From Nemertoderma westbladi (lineage: Eukaryota > Animalia > Xenacoelomorpha), in assembly GCA_032718475.1 (NCBI GenBank), contig JAUCBJ010002220.1, positions 1 through 64,000 of the forward strand: 64,000 nucleotides of DNA, read 5' to 3'. Both the position numbers and the translations under genes were made by a program. Shown piece by piece: positions 11,201-25,830 of the stretch (the stretch's first letter is position 1; each line of letters opens with the position of its first letter). Below the pieces are notes generated by a model. The model was not told where the DNA came from. It was given only the letters and a program-made list of their open reading frames with translations, and searched no databases.

Positions 11201-14200
11201 GGGGAAAGACGAAGCAAATAACAGCTGATTACTTCTATAAATGTAAGTGTTACCTGTTCTTTTGACTTTCATTTAAGATTCGCTATCTCATAGAGTGGGT
11301 TAGAAGTTATAAATATGAAAATCGTTGTGGTTTTTGAAAAAAATCAAAGGATATTTTGATTAATTATTGCTGAAAAACACCAAGGATTTTAACATGGCTT
11401 TAATACTTCATTATGTTCATGAAATAGCTGAGATATTGGAGGTGAATTATTGCATTACATAATAACTTTAACTGCAGCCACATTAGCAATACGATGAAAC
11501 TATAATAAATATTCTAGAACACAACAATATTAACAGGGAGATAGGCTACTTATCTCTCCACTCTGAGAGCCTCAAAAAGGGCGTGTTCCGACGCTATCAA
11601 AATTCATCCATCTCCTGGGGATAGACGAAGCAAAGAACAGCTGATTACTTCTATAAATGAAAGTGTTACCTGTTCTTATGACTTTCGTTTAAGATTCTCT
11701 ATCTTGTGGAGTGGATTAGAAGTTATAAATATGAAAATCGATGTGGTTTTTGAAAAAAATCAGAGGATATTTTGATAAATTATTGCTGAAAAACCCCAAG
11801 TATTTTGACATGGCTTTAATACTCATTATATTCATGAAATAGCTGAGATATTTGAGGTTAATTATTGCGTTACATATTAACTTTGGCTCCAGCCGCTTTG
11901 GCAATACGATGAAACTATAATAAAAATTCTAGACCACAACAATATTAACAGGGAGATAGGCTACTTATCTCTTCATTCTGAGAGCCTCAAAAAGGGGGTG
12001 TTCCGACGCAATCAAAATTCATCCATCTCCTGGGGAAAGACGAAGCAAATAACAGCTGATTACTTCTATAAAGGAAAGTGTTACCTGTTCTTATGACTTT
12101 CGTTTAAGATTCTCTATCTCGTGGAGTGGATTATAAGTTATAAATATGAAAATCGATGAGGTTTTTGAAAAAAATCAGAGGATATTTTGATAAATTATTG
12201 CTGAAAAACCCCAAGGATTTTGACATGGCTTTAATACTCATTATATTCATGAAAAAACTGAGATATTTGAAGTGAATTATTGCATTACATAATAACTTTA
12301 ACTCTAGCCACATTAGCAATACGATGAAACTATAATAAATATTCTAGTCCACAACAATATTAACAGGGAGATAGGCTACTTATCTCTCCACTCTGAGAGC
12401 CTCAAAAAGGGCGTGTTCCGACGCTATCAAAATTCATCCATCTCCTGGGGATAGACGAAGCAAAGAACAGCTGATTACTTCTATAAATGAAAGTGTTACC
12501 TGTTCTTTTGACTTTCGTTTAAGATTCTCTATCTTGTGGAGTGGATTAGAAGTTATAAATATGAAAATCGATGTGGTTTTTGAAAAAAATCAGAGGATAT
12601 TTTGATAAATTATTGCTGAAAAACCCCAAGGATTTTGACATGGCTTTAATACTCATTATATTCATGAAATAGCTGAGATATTTGAGGTGAATTATTGCGT
12701 TACATATTAACTTTGGCTCCAGCCGCTTTGGCAATACGATGAAACTATAATAAAAATTCTAGACCACAACAATATTAACAGGGAGATAGGCTACTTATCT
12801 CTTCATTCTGAGAGCCTCAAAAAGGGGGTGTTCCGACGCAATCAAAATTCATCCATCTCCTGGGGAAAGACGAAGCAAATAACAGCTGATTACTTCTATA
12901 AAGGAAAGTGTTACCTGTTCTTTTGACTTTCGTTTAAGATTCTCTATCTCGTGGAGTGGGTTAGAAGTCATGAATATGAAAATCGATGTCGGTTTTTGAA
13001 AAAAATCAGAGGATATTTTGATAAATTATTGCTGAAAAACCCCAAGGATTTTGACATGGCTTTAATACTCATTATATTCATGAAAAAACTGAGATATTTG
13101 AAGTGAATTATTGCATTACATAATAACTTTAACTCTAGCCACATTAGCAATACGATGAAACTATAATAAAAATTCTAGTCCACAACAATATTAACATGGA
13201 GATAGGCTACTTATCTCTTCATTCTGAGAACCCCAAGGAATTTGACATGGCTTTAATACTTCATTATGTTCATGAAAAAACTGAGATATTTGAGGTGAAT
13301 TATTGCATTACATAATAACTTTAACTCCAGCCACTTTAGCAATACGATGAAACTATAATAAATATTCTAGAACACAACAATATTAACAGGGAGATAGGCT
13401 ACTTATCTCTTCACTCTGAGAGCCTCAAAAACGGTGTGTTCCTACGCAATCAAATTTCATCCATCTCCAGGGGAAAGACGAAGCAAAGAACAGCTGATTA
13501 CTTCTATAAATGTAAGTGTTACCTGTTCTTTTGACTTTCATTTAAGATTCGCTATCTCATGGAGTGGGTTAGAAGTTATAAATATGAAAATCGACGTGGT
13601 TTTTGAAAAAAATCAAAGGATATTTTGATTAATTATTGCTGAAAAACACCAAGGATTTTGACATGGCTTTAATACTTCATTATGTTCATGAAATAGCTGA
13701 GATACTTGAGGTGAATTGTTGCATTATATATTAACTTCAGCTCCAGTCTCTTTGGCAATACGATGAAACTATAATAAATATTCTAGAACACAACAATATT
13801 AACAGGGAGATAGGCTACTCATCTCTTCACTCTGACAGCCTCAAAAAGGGGGTGTTCCGACGCAATCAAAATTAATCCATCTCCAGGGGAAAGACGAAGC
13901 AAAGAACAGCTGATTACTTCTATAAATGTAAGTGTTACCTGTTCTTTTGACTTTCATTTAAGATTCGCTATCTCATTGAGTGGGTTAGAAGTTATAAATA
14001 TAAAAATCGATGTGGTTTTTGAAAAAAATCGAAGGATATTTTGATTAATTATTGCTGAAAAACACCAAGGATTTTAACATGGCTTTAATACTTCATTATG
14101 TTCATGAAAAAACTGAGATATTTGAGGTGAATTATTGCATTACATAATAACTTTAACTGCAGCCACATTAGCAATACGATGAAACTATAATAAATATTCT

Positions 14201-17200
14201 AGAACACAACAATATTAACAGGGTGATAGGCTACTTATCTCTCCACTCTGAGAGCCTCAAAAAGGGCGTGTTCCGACGCTATCAAAATTCATCCATCTCC
14301 TGGGGAAAGACGAAGCAAAGAACAGCTGATTACTTCTATAAATGAAAGTGTTACCTGCTCCTTTGACTTTCATTTAAGATTCTTTATCTTTTGGAGTGGG
14401 TTAGAAGTCATGAATATGAAAAACGATGTCGTTTTTTGTAAAAAATCTGAGGATATTTTGATAAATTATTGCTGAAAAAACCCAAGGATTTTGACATGGC
14501 TTTAATACTTCATTATGTTCATGAAAAAACTGAGATATTTGAGGTAAATTATTGCATTACATAATAACTTTAACTCCAGCCACTTTAGCAATACGATGAA
14601 ACTATACTAAATATTCTAGAACACAACAATATTAACATGGAGATAGGCTATTTATCTCTCCACTCAGACAGCCACAGATAGGGAGGGGTGTTTTGACACA
14701 ATCAAAATTCAACCATCTCCAGGGGAAAGACGAAGCAAATAACAGCTGATTACTTCTATAAATGTAAGTGTTACCTGTTCTTTTGACTTTCATTTAAGAT
14801 TCGCTATCTCATAGAGTGGGTTAGAAGTTATAAATATGAAAATCGTTGTGGTTTTTGAAAAAAATCAAAGGATATTTTGATTAATTATTGCTGAAAAACA
14901 CCAAGGATTTTAACATGGCTTTAATACTTCATTATGTTCATGAAATAGCTGAGATATTGGAGGTGAATTATTGCATTACATAATAACTTTAACTGCAGCC
15001 ACATTAGCAATACGATGAAACTATAATAAATATTCTAGAACACAACAATATTAACAGGGAGATAGGCTACTTATCTCTCCACTCTGAGAGCCTCAAAAAG
15101 GGCGTGTTCCGACGCTATCAAAATTCATCCATCTCCTGGGGAAAGACGAAGCAAAGAACAGCTGATTACTTCTATAAATGAAAGTGTTACCTGTTCTTAT
15201 GACTTTCGTTTAAGATTCTCTATCTTGTGGAGTGGATTAGAAGTTATAAATATGAAAATCGATGTGGTTTTTGAAAAAAATCAGAGGATATTTTGATAAA
15301 TTATTGCTGAAAAACCCCAAGTATTTTGACATGGCTTTAATACTCATTATATTCATGAAATAGCTGAGATATTTGAGGTTAATTATTGCGTTACATATTA
15401 ACTTTGGCTCCAGCCGCTTTGGCAATACGATGAAACTATAATAAAAATTCTAGACCACAACAATATTAACAGGGAGATAGGCTACTTATCTCTTCATTCT
15501 GAGAGCCTCAAAAAGGGGGTGTTCCGACGCAATCAAAATTCATCCATCTCCTGGGGAAAGACGAAGCAAATAACAGCTGATTACTTCTATAAAGGAAAGT
15601 GTTACCTGTTCTTATGACTTTCGTTTAAGATTCTCTATGGGGCCGTCCAAGTATGACGTCTGCACTTTTCCTCAAAATTTTGACCCCCTCCCTCCCCTAA
15701 ATCAGATGTCATCAGATAGACGTTGACACCCCCCCCCCCCCCCCCCCCACCCTAAATCAGATTAAAAAAAAATTTGTAATAAACTATTATCAGCAGGATA
15801 AAGGTATTATATTGCATTGGAGGGGGGGTGCACGGGGGCTGGCTGTTGTTACATAGCTTATCTATAGGAAGGTATAGAGTTGTAGTAGGATAGCCTATCG
15901 TTTACATACTTCTACCTGATGCGACAGCAGTTTATGAATGATAATAAACAAACAAGCTAATAATAGGCCTAAATGAACCAATCTGCCAATACTGCAGTCT
16001 TTAACAATCATTAGCTTAGGATTAATGTTTCATTTTCAGGCGAACCCCAGTACCTCAGTACCACAGTAGCACACGTCCTAATCACTGAAACATGGTGACT
16101 GGTAACTGAAACAGTAGGTCGTGCTACGGGCCTTCGGGGGCTTCGAACAATTAAAATAGGCAAGCTATTTACTCTTCTGCTAAATCTCTTCTGGCGCCTA
16201 TAAATGAACATGCTGACGTCAGATTTTGGCTGACCCCCTCCCCTCCCCTCATCAGCACGTCATCAGATTTTCCCAACCCCCCTCCCCCCCCCTAAAGTGC
16301 TGACGTCATACTTGGACGGCCCCTATCTCGTGGAGTGGATTATAAGTTATAAATATGAAAATCAATGAGGTTTTTGAAAAAAATCAGAGGATATCTTGAT
16401 AAATTATTGCTGAAAAACCCCAAGGATTTTGACATGGCTTTAATACTCATTATATTCATGAAAAAACTGAGATATTTGAAGTGAATTATTGCATTACATA
16501 ATAACTTTAACTCTAGCCACATTAGCAATACGATGAAACTATAATAAAAATTCTAGTCCACAACAATATTAACATGGAGATAGGCTACTTATCTCTTCAT
16601 TCTGAGAACCCCAAGGAATTTGACATGGCTTTAATACTTCATTATGTTCATGAAAAAACTGAGATATTTGAGGTGAATTATTGCATTACATAATAACTTT
16701 AACTCCAGCCACTTTAGCAATACGATGAAACTATAATAAATATTCTAGAACACAACAATATTAACAGGGAGATAGGCTAATTATCTCTTCACTCTGAGAG
16801 CCTCAAAAACGGTGTGTTCCTACGCAATCAAATTTCATCCATCTCCAGGGGAAAGACGAAGCAAAGAACAGCTGATTACTTCTATAAATGTAAGTGTTAC
16901 CTGTTCTTTTGACTTTCATTTAAGATTCGCTATCTCATGGAGTGGGTTAGAAGTTATAAATATGAAAATCGACGTGGTTTTTGAAAAAAATCAAAGGATA
17001 TTTTGATTAATTATTGCTGAAAAACACCAAGGATTTTGACATGGCTTTAATACTTCATTATGTTCATGAAATAGCTGAGATACTTGAGGTGAATTGTTGC
17101 ATTATATATTAACTTCAGCTCCAGTCTCTTTGGCAATACGATGAAACTATAATAAATATTCTAGAACACAACAATATTAACAGGGAGATAGGCTACTCAT

Positions 17201-20200
17201 CTCTTCACTCTGACAGCCTCAAAAAGGGGGTGTTCCGACGCAATCAAAATTAATCCATCTCCAGGGGAAAGACGAAGCAAAGAACAGCTGATTACTTCTA
17301 TAAATGTAAGTGTTACCTGTTCTTTTGACTTTCATTTAAGATTCGCTATCTCATTGAGTGGGTTAGAAGTTATAAATATAAAAATCGATGTGGTTTTTGA
17401 AAAAAATCGAAGGATATTTTGATTAATTATTGCTGAAAAGCACCAAGGATTTTAACATGGCTTTAATACTTCATTATGTTCATGAAAAAACTGAGATATT
17501 TGAGGTGAATTATTGCATTACATAATAACTTTAACTGCAGCCACATTAGCAATACGATGAAACTATAATAAATATTCTAGAACACAACAATATTAACAGG
17601 GTGATAGGCTACTTATCTCTCCACTCTGAGAGCCTCAAAAAGGGCGTGTTCCGACGCTATCAAAATTCATCCATCTCCTGGGGAAAGACGAAGCAAAGAA
17701 CAGCTGATTACTTCTATAAATGAAAGTGTTACCTGCTCCTTTGACTTTCATTTAAGATTCTTTATCTTTTGGAGTGGGTTAGAAGTCATGAATATGAAAA
17801 ACGATGTCGTTTTTTGTAAAAAATCTGAGGATATTTTGATAAATTATTGCTGAAAAAACCCAAGGATTTTGACATGGCTTTAATACTTCATTATGTTCAT
17901 GAAAAAACTGAGATATTTGAGGTAAATTATTGCATTACATAATAACTTTAACTCCAGCCACTTTAGCAATACGATGAAACTATACTAAATATTCTAGAAC
18001 ACAACAATATTAACATGGAGATAGGCTATTTATCTCTCCACTCAGACAGCCACAGATAGGGAGGGGTGTTTTGACACAATCAAAATTCAACCACCTCCAG
18101 GGGAAAGACGAAGCAAATAACAGCTGATTACTTCTATAAATGTAAGTGTTACCTGTTCTTTTGACTTTCATTTAAGATTCGCTATCTCATAGAGTGGGTT
18201 AGAAGTTATAAATATGAAAATCGTTGTGGTTTTTGAAAAAAATCAAAGGATATTTTGATTAATTATTGCTGAAAAACACCAAGGATTTTAACAAGGCTTT
18301 AATACTTCATTATGTTCATGAAATAGCTGAGATATTGGAGGTGAATTATTGCATTACATAATAACTTTAACTGCAGCCACATTAGCAATACGATGAGACT
18401 ATAATAAATATTCTAGAACACAACAATATTAACAGGGAGATAGGCTACTTATCTCTCCACTCTGAGAGCCTCAAAAAGGGCGTGTTCCGACGCTATCAAA
18501 ATTCATCCATCTCCTGGGGATAGACGAAGCAAAGAACAGCTGATTACTTCTATAAATGAAAGTGTTACCTGTTCTTATGACTTTCGTTTAAGATTCTCTA
18601 TCTTGTGGAGTGGATTAGAAGTTATAAATATGAAAATCGATGTGGTTTTTGAAAAAAATCAGAGGATATTTTGATAAATTATTGCTGAAAAACCCCAAGT
18701 ATTTTGACATGGCTTTAATACTCATTATATTCATGAAATAGCTGAGATATTTGAGGTTAATTATTGCGTTACATATTAACTTTGGCTCCAGCCGCTTTGG
18801 CAATACGATGAAACTATAATAAAAATTCTAGAACACAACAATATTAACAGGGAGATAGGCTACTTATCTCTTCATTCTGAGAGCCTCAAAAAGGGGGTGT
18901 TCCGACGCAATCAAAATTCATCCATCTCCTGGGGAAAGACGAAGCAAATAACAGCTGATTACTTCTATAAAGGAAAGTGTTACCTGTTCTTATGACTTTC
19001 GTTTAAGATTCTCTATCTCGTGGAGTGGATTATAAGTTATAAATATGAAAATCGATGAGGTTTTTGAAAAAAATCAGAGGATATTTTGATAAATTATTGC
19101 TGAAAAACCCCAAGGATTTTGACATGGCTTTAATACTCATTATATTCATGAAAAAACTGAGATATTTGAAGTGAATTATTGCATTACATAATAACTTTAA
19201 CTCTAGCCACATTAGCAATACGATGAAACTATAATAAAAATTCTAGTCCACAACAATATTAACATGGAGATAGGCTACTTATCTCTTCATTCTGAGAACC
19301 CCAAGGAATTTGACATGGCTTTAATACTTCATTATGTTCATGAAAAAACTGAGATATTTGAGGTGAATTATTGCATTACATAATAACTTTAACTCCAGCC
19401 ACTTTAGCAATACGATGAAACTATAATAAATATTCTAGAACACAACAATATTAACAGGGAGATAGGCTACTTATCTCTTCACTCTGAGAGCCTCAAAAAC
19501 GGTGTGTTCCTACGCAATCAAATTTCATCCATCTCCAGGGGAAAGACGAAGCAAAGAACAGCTGATTACTTCTATAAATGTAAGTGTTACCTGTTCTTTT
19601 GACTTTCATTTAAGATTCGCTATCTCATGGAGTGGGTTAGAAGTTATAAATATGAAAATCGACGTGGTTTTTGAAAAAAATCAAAGGATATTTTGATTAA
19701 TTATTGCTGAAAAACACCAAGGATTTTGACATGGCTTTAATACTTCATTATGTTCATGAAATAGCTGAGATACTTGAGGTGAATTGTTGCATTATATATT
19801 AACTTCAGCTCCAGTCTCTTTGGCAATACGATGAAACTATAATAAATATTCTAGAACACAACAATATTAACAGGGAGATAGGCTACTCATCTCTTCACTC
19901 TGACAGCCTCAAAAAGGGGGTGTTCCGACGCAATCAAAATTAATCCATCTCCAGGGGAAAGACGAAGCAAAGAACAGCTGATTACTTCTATAAATGTAAG
20001 TGTTACCTGTTCTTTTGACTTTCATTTAAGATTCGCTATCTCATTGAGTGGGTTAGAAGTTATAAATATAAAAATCGATGTGGTTTTTGAAAAAAATCGA
20101 AGGATATTTTGATTAATTATTGCTGAAAAACACCAAGGATTTTAACATGGCTTTAATACTTCATTATGTTCATGAAAAAACTGAGATATTTGAGGTGAAT

Positions 20201-23200
20201 TATTGCATTACATAATAACTTTAACTGCAGCCACATTAGCAATACGATGAAACTATAATAAATATTCTAGAACACAACAATATTAACAGGGTGATAGGCT
20301 ACTTATCTCTCCACTCTGAGAGCCTCAAAAATGGCGTGTTCCGACGCTATCAAAATTCATCCATCTCCTGGGGAAAGACGAAGCAAAGAACAGCTGATTA
20401 CTTCTATAAATGAAAGTGTTACCTGCTCCTTTGACTTTCATTTAAGATTCTTTATCTTTTGGAGTGGGTTAGAAGTCATGAATATGAAAAACGATGTCGT
20501 TTTTTGTAAAAAATCTGAGGATATTTTGATAAATTATTGCTGAAAAAACCCAAGGATTTTGACATGGCTTTAATACTTCATTATGTTCATGAAAAAACTG
20601 AGATATTTGAGGTAAATTATTGCATTACATAATAACTTTAACTCCAGCCACTTTAGCAATACGATGAAACTATACTAAATATTCTAGAACACAACAATAT
20701 TAACATGGAGATAGGCTATTTATCTCTCCACTCAGACAGCCACAGATAGGGAGGGGTGTTTTGACGCAATCAAAATTCATCCATCTCCTGGGGAAAGACG
20801 AAGCAAATAACAGCTGATTACTTCTATAAAGGAAAGTGTTACCTGTTCTTATGACTTTCATTTAAGATTCTCTATCTCGTGGAGTGGATTATAAGTTATA
20901 AATATGAAAATCGATGAGGTTTTTGAAAAAAATCAGAGGATATTTTGATAAATTATTGCTGAAAAACCCCAAGGATTTTGACATGGCTTTAATACTCATT
21001 ATATTCATGAAAAAACTGAGATATTTGAAGTGAATTATTGCATTACATAATAACTTTAACTCTAGCCACATTAGCAATACGATGAAACTATAATAAAAAT
21101 TCTAGTCCACAACAATAATAACATGGAGATAGGCTACTTATCTCTTCATTCTGAGAACCCCAAGGAATTTGACATGGCTTTAATACTTCATTATGTTCAT
21201 GAAAAAACTGAGATATTTGAGGTGAATTATTGCATTACATAATAACTTTAACTCCAGCCACTTTAGCAATACGATGAAACTATAATAAATATTCTAGAAC
21301 ACAACAATATTAACAGGGAGATAGGCTACTTATCTCTTCACTCTGAGAGCCTCAAAAACGGTGTGTTCCTACGCAATCAAATTTCATCCATCTCCAGGGG
21401 AAAGACGAAGCAAAGAACAGCTGATTACTTCTATAAATGTAAGTGTTACCTGTTCTTTTGACTTTCATTTAAGATTCGCTATCTCATGGAGTGGGTTAGA
21501 AGTTATAAATATGAAAATCGACGTGGTTTTTGAAAAAAATCAAAGGATATTTTGATTAATTATTGCTGAAAAACACCAAGGATTTTGACATGGCTTTAAT
21601 ACTTCATTATGTTCATGAAATAGCTGAGATACTTGAGGTGAATTGTTGCATTATATATTAACTTCAGCTCCAGTCTCTTTGGCAATACGATGAAACTATA
21701 ATAAATATTCTAGAACACAACAATATTAACAGGGAGATAGGCTACTCATCTCTTCACTCTGACAGCCTCAAAAAGGGGGTGTTCCGACGCAATCAAAATT
21801 AATCCATCTCCAGGGGAAAGACGAAGCAAAGAACAGCTGATTACTTCTATAAATGTAAGTGTTACCTGTTCTTTTGACTTTCATTTAAGATTCGCTATCT
21901 CATTGAGTGGGTTAGAAGTTATAAATATAAAAATCGATGTGGTTTTTGAAAAAAATCGAAGGATATTTTGATTAATTATTGCTGAAAAACACCAAGGATT
22001 TTAACATGGCTTTAATACTTCATTATGTTCATGAAAAAACTGAGATATTTGAGGTGAATTATTGCATTACATAATAACTTTAACTGCAGCCACATTAGCA
22101 ATACGATGAAACTATAATAAATATTCTAGAACACAACAATATTAACAGGGTGATAGGCTACTTATCTCTCCACTCTGAGAGCCTCAAAAATGGCGTGTTC
22201 CGACGCTATCAAAATTCATCCATCTCCTGGGGAAAGACGAAGCAAAGAACAGCTGATTACTTCTATAAATGAAAGTGTTACCTGCTCCTTTGACTTTCAT
22301 TTAAGATTCTTTATCTTTTGGAGTGGGTTAGAAGTCATGAATATGAAAAACGATGTCGTTTTTTGTAAAAAATCTGAGGATATTTTGATAAATTATTGCT
22401 GAAAAAACCCAAGGATTTTGACATGGCTTTAATACTTCATTATGTTCATGAAAAAACTGAGATATTTGAGGTAAATTATTGCATTACATAATAACTTTAA
22501 CTCCAGCCACTTTAGCAATACGATGAAACTATACTAAATATTCTAGAACACAACAATATTAACATGGAGATAGGCTATTTATCTCTCCACTCAGACAGCC
22601 ACAGATAGGGAGGGGTGTTTTGACACAATCAAAATTCAACCATCTCCAGGGGAAAGACGAAGCAAATAACAGCTGATTACTTCTATAAATGTAAGTGTTA
22701 CCTGTTCTTTTGACTTTCATTTAAGATTCGCTATCTCATAGAGTGGGTTAGAAGTTATAAATATGAAAATCGTTGTGGTTTTTGAAAAAAATCAAAGGAT
22801 ATTTTGATTAATTATTGCTGAAAAACACCAAGGATTTTAACATGGCTTTAATACTTCATTATGTTCATGAAATAGCTGAGATATTGGAGGTGAATTATTG
22901 CATTACATAATAACTTTAACTGCAGCCACATTAGCAATACGATGACACTATAATAAATATTCTAGAACACAACAATATTAACAGGGAGATAGGCTACTTA
23001 TCTCTCCACTCTGAGAGCCTCAAAAAGGGCGTGTTCCGACGCTATCAAAATTCATCCATCTCCTGGGGAAAGACGAAGCAAAGAACAGCTGATTACTTCT
23101 ATAAATGAAAGTGTTACCTGTTCTTATGACTTTCGTTTAAGATTCTCTATCTTGTGGAGTGGATTAGAAGTTATAAATATGAAAATCGATGTGGTTTTTG

Positions 23201-23236
23201 AAAAAAATCAGAGGATATTTTGATAAATTATTGCTG
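5208..23236. repeat. ~415-bp satellite array, left block, with a ~2690-bp higher-order repeat (6 monomers plus one ~200-bp deleted monomer)
   Basis: The monomer recurs every ~415 bp. The diagnostic deletion junction ctgagaa|ccccaagg occurs at ~7012, 9703, 13224, 16602, 19292 and 21151. Confidence 0.97.
15639..16323. mobile_element. PIF/Harbinger-like MITE (685 bp)
   Basis: TIRs GGGGCCGTCCAAGTATGACGTC... and ...GACGTCATACTTGGACGGCCCC; 3-bp TSD TAT; no transposase; interrupts one satellite monomer cleanly. Confidence 0.88.
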
Positions 23237-24497
23237 CAAACATTTTGACGTTAATTTAACGTTAATTTACGTTAATATTCTACCATTCCAACGTTATTTT
23301 TTAACGTGCCCTTACGTTAAATTAACGTATTATTGGCCGGGGTTACTACGTTAAAAATATACATAAATTGTACTCAAATCATACTAATTAACTCATGTCT
23401 GAAAATAACGTTAACTGCCGTATATTATGAACGTTATTTATGAACGTACCATTACGTTAAATTAACGTATTATTGGCCGGGGTTACTACGTTAAATAAAT
23501 ACGTTAAAAAAATACGTCAATAATACGTTAAAAAAATACGTCACTAATACGTTATTTGTTATTCAAAAGCATAAAAAATATCATGTTTAATTGAGATTTA
23601 CTTCATGGACCACAGCGGTAGTTACTTGGTGGACCTGCAAGGGACTGGGGGGGATCTAACACTAACCTACACAGCCTACGCCTACGCCCCTACACCTACT
23701 ACACCTTAGGAGTGGAACCTTCAATGCATTTAGGCAAAATAAATATCGGATTATTTCTGAGAAGAATTATGATGACTTTTGATCAATTGCTAAGAAATTT
23801 GTTTAGATTTATATAAAATACTATCACATACCTATTTGGCCTCTACGTTAGATAAATCATTTGATTAAATTATTTAAATTTATTAGTTATCAAACAATTT
23901 AATTGATAATTTAAAATTAAATTATAGGAAATTAATAACTATTTAGAGTCTGACGTCATTTAACGTTAGACTTGCGTTTTTTGCAGACGCTGGGGGTAGA
24001 ATGAAACCAATTTATTGTTTGTAATAACTACACTGTATATCAAACCTCACCAATAATTTAACGATGGTAACGAATGGTGTTTATTTTATTTAGCCACTCA
24101 CACTGAATAAACGTAGTGCCGTTTTTATATAAATAATTGGCAGTCGAAAATGAACTTATTTAACAAATTTTGCCCGGAATAAAAAATAATTCAAAGCTAA
24201 ATTTACGGTATATCGGTAATATAAATCGGCATAACGTACTGTACTATATACAGTATTAACTAAATAAACTTCAATAAACAAAAATATGAGAAATAAACAA
24301 AACTACAGTATAAAAAAATAATACCAAAATTGAAAGAAATATTCAATATTGCATCGTTATAAATTCAATAATAATGCACATCCACATCACAATAATATAT
24401 TGAAGAACATGTAAACTAATTAATATTGCAGTTACAGTAGTTATATTATCGGAGTACAAAATAATGACCTGCAGTTACAGTAGTTAGTTATATTATG

Positions 24498-25155
24498 GGA
24501 GTACAAAATAAAGACCTAAGACCCAAGACCCAACACCTTAAGACCAAAGACCCTACAAAAGTAAGACCCCCCCTTCCCCGCCCTGGTACAACCCCCCCCC
24601 CCCCCCAACAAGGTACAAAAGTAAATCCCCCTGGTACAAAAGTAAGACCCCCTGGTACAAACGTAAGGCCCCCAGGTACAAACGTAAGACCCACCCCAGG
24701 TACAAAAGTAAGACCCCCAGGTACAAACGTAAGACCCCCCCCCCCCAAGGTACAAAAGTAAGACCCCCTGGTACAAAAGTAAGACCCCCTGGTACAAACG
24801 TAAGGCCCCCCAGGTACAAACGTAAGACCCACGTGGCCCAGGTACAAAGGTAAGACTCCCCTGGAACAAAAGTAAGACCTCCAGGTACAAAAGTAAGACC
24901 TCTCCCCCTTAGGTACAAAAGTAGTGTAAGACCCCCAGGTACAAAAGTAAGTCCAAGTATGACCCCTCCAGGTACAAAAAGTAAGACCCCGCCAAGTATA
25001 AAAGTAAGACCCCCCTGGTACAAAAGTAAGACTCCCCTGAAACAAAAGTAAGACCCCCTAGTACAAAAGTAAGACCCCCCCCCCCCCCCCCAGGGAAAAA
25101 AAGTAAGACCACACCCCCTCCCCCCCAGGTACAAAAGTAAGACCACAAGGTACAA
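24498..25155. repeat. Minisatellite GGTACAAAAGTAAGAC(C)n, ~20-27-bp units
   Basis: About 25 visible copies with variable poly-C tracts; explains the low-complexity ORFs here. Confidence 0.95.
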
Positions 25156-25269
25156 CTTGAGTGATAGTTGCATGACACTGAATTACAACACTATATTCCC
25201 GGGGACCTGGTGCAATAAATATTAACGTGACTAAATAAAATTACAATTTTCTAATACAAGAATGATTCT

Positions 25270-25780
25270 ATTTCAACCAATGTCAGACGTTTTAAATTAA
25301 CATTAAAAATCGATGTTAAATTTCAACGTTTGTTTAATATTGGGTTTAGTGATTTATGTTCATGATTAAATTTAACCAATGTCTGACGTTTCAAAGTAAC
25401 GTTAAAAATCTATGTTAAAATTCAACGTTTGTTTAACGTTTGGGTTTAGTGATTTTTGTACATGATTAAATTTAACCAATGTCAGACGTTTCAAAATAAC
25501 GTTAAAAATTGATGTTAAAATTCAACGTCTGTTTAACGTTTGTGTTTAGTCATTTTTGTTCATGATTAAATTTAACCAATGTCAGACGTTTCAAAATAAC
25601 GTTAAAAATTGATGTTAAAATTCAACGTCTGTTTAACGTTTGGGTTTAGTAATTTTTTTTCATGATTAAATTTAACCAATGTCAGACGTTTAAAAATAAC
25701 GTTAAAAATTGATGTTAAAATTGAACGTCGGTTTAACGTTTCGGTTTAGTTGATTTTAGACATGTAGTTTTTAAACGATT
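25270..25780. repeat. ~102-bp tandem repeat (about 5 copies) rich in AACGTT
   Basis: aaccaatgtc(a/t)gacgttt recurs at ~25275, 25375, 25474, 25574 and 25675. Confidence 0.9.
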
Positions 25781-25830
25781 ATAAGACATTAGAAAACGTT
25801 TGTTCTAAGTTATTTTTATAACATTATTTG

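Noticed and set aside
24488-25178. Overlapping GGLTFVP/PPGTKVR ORFs and a CRISPR-like appearance
   Set aside because: A minisatellite with poly-C length variation, no unique spacers and no cas genes, in eukaryotic context.
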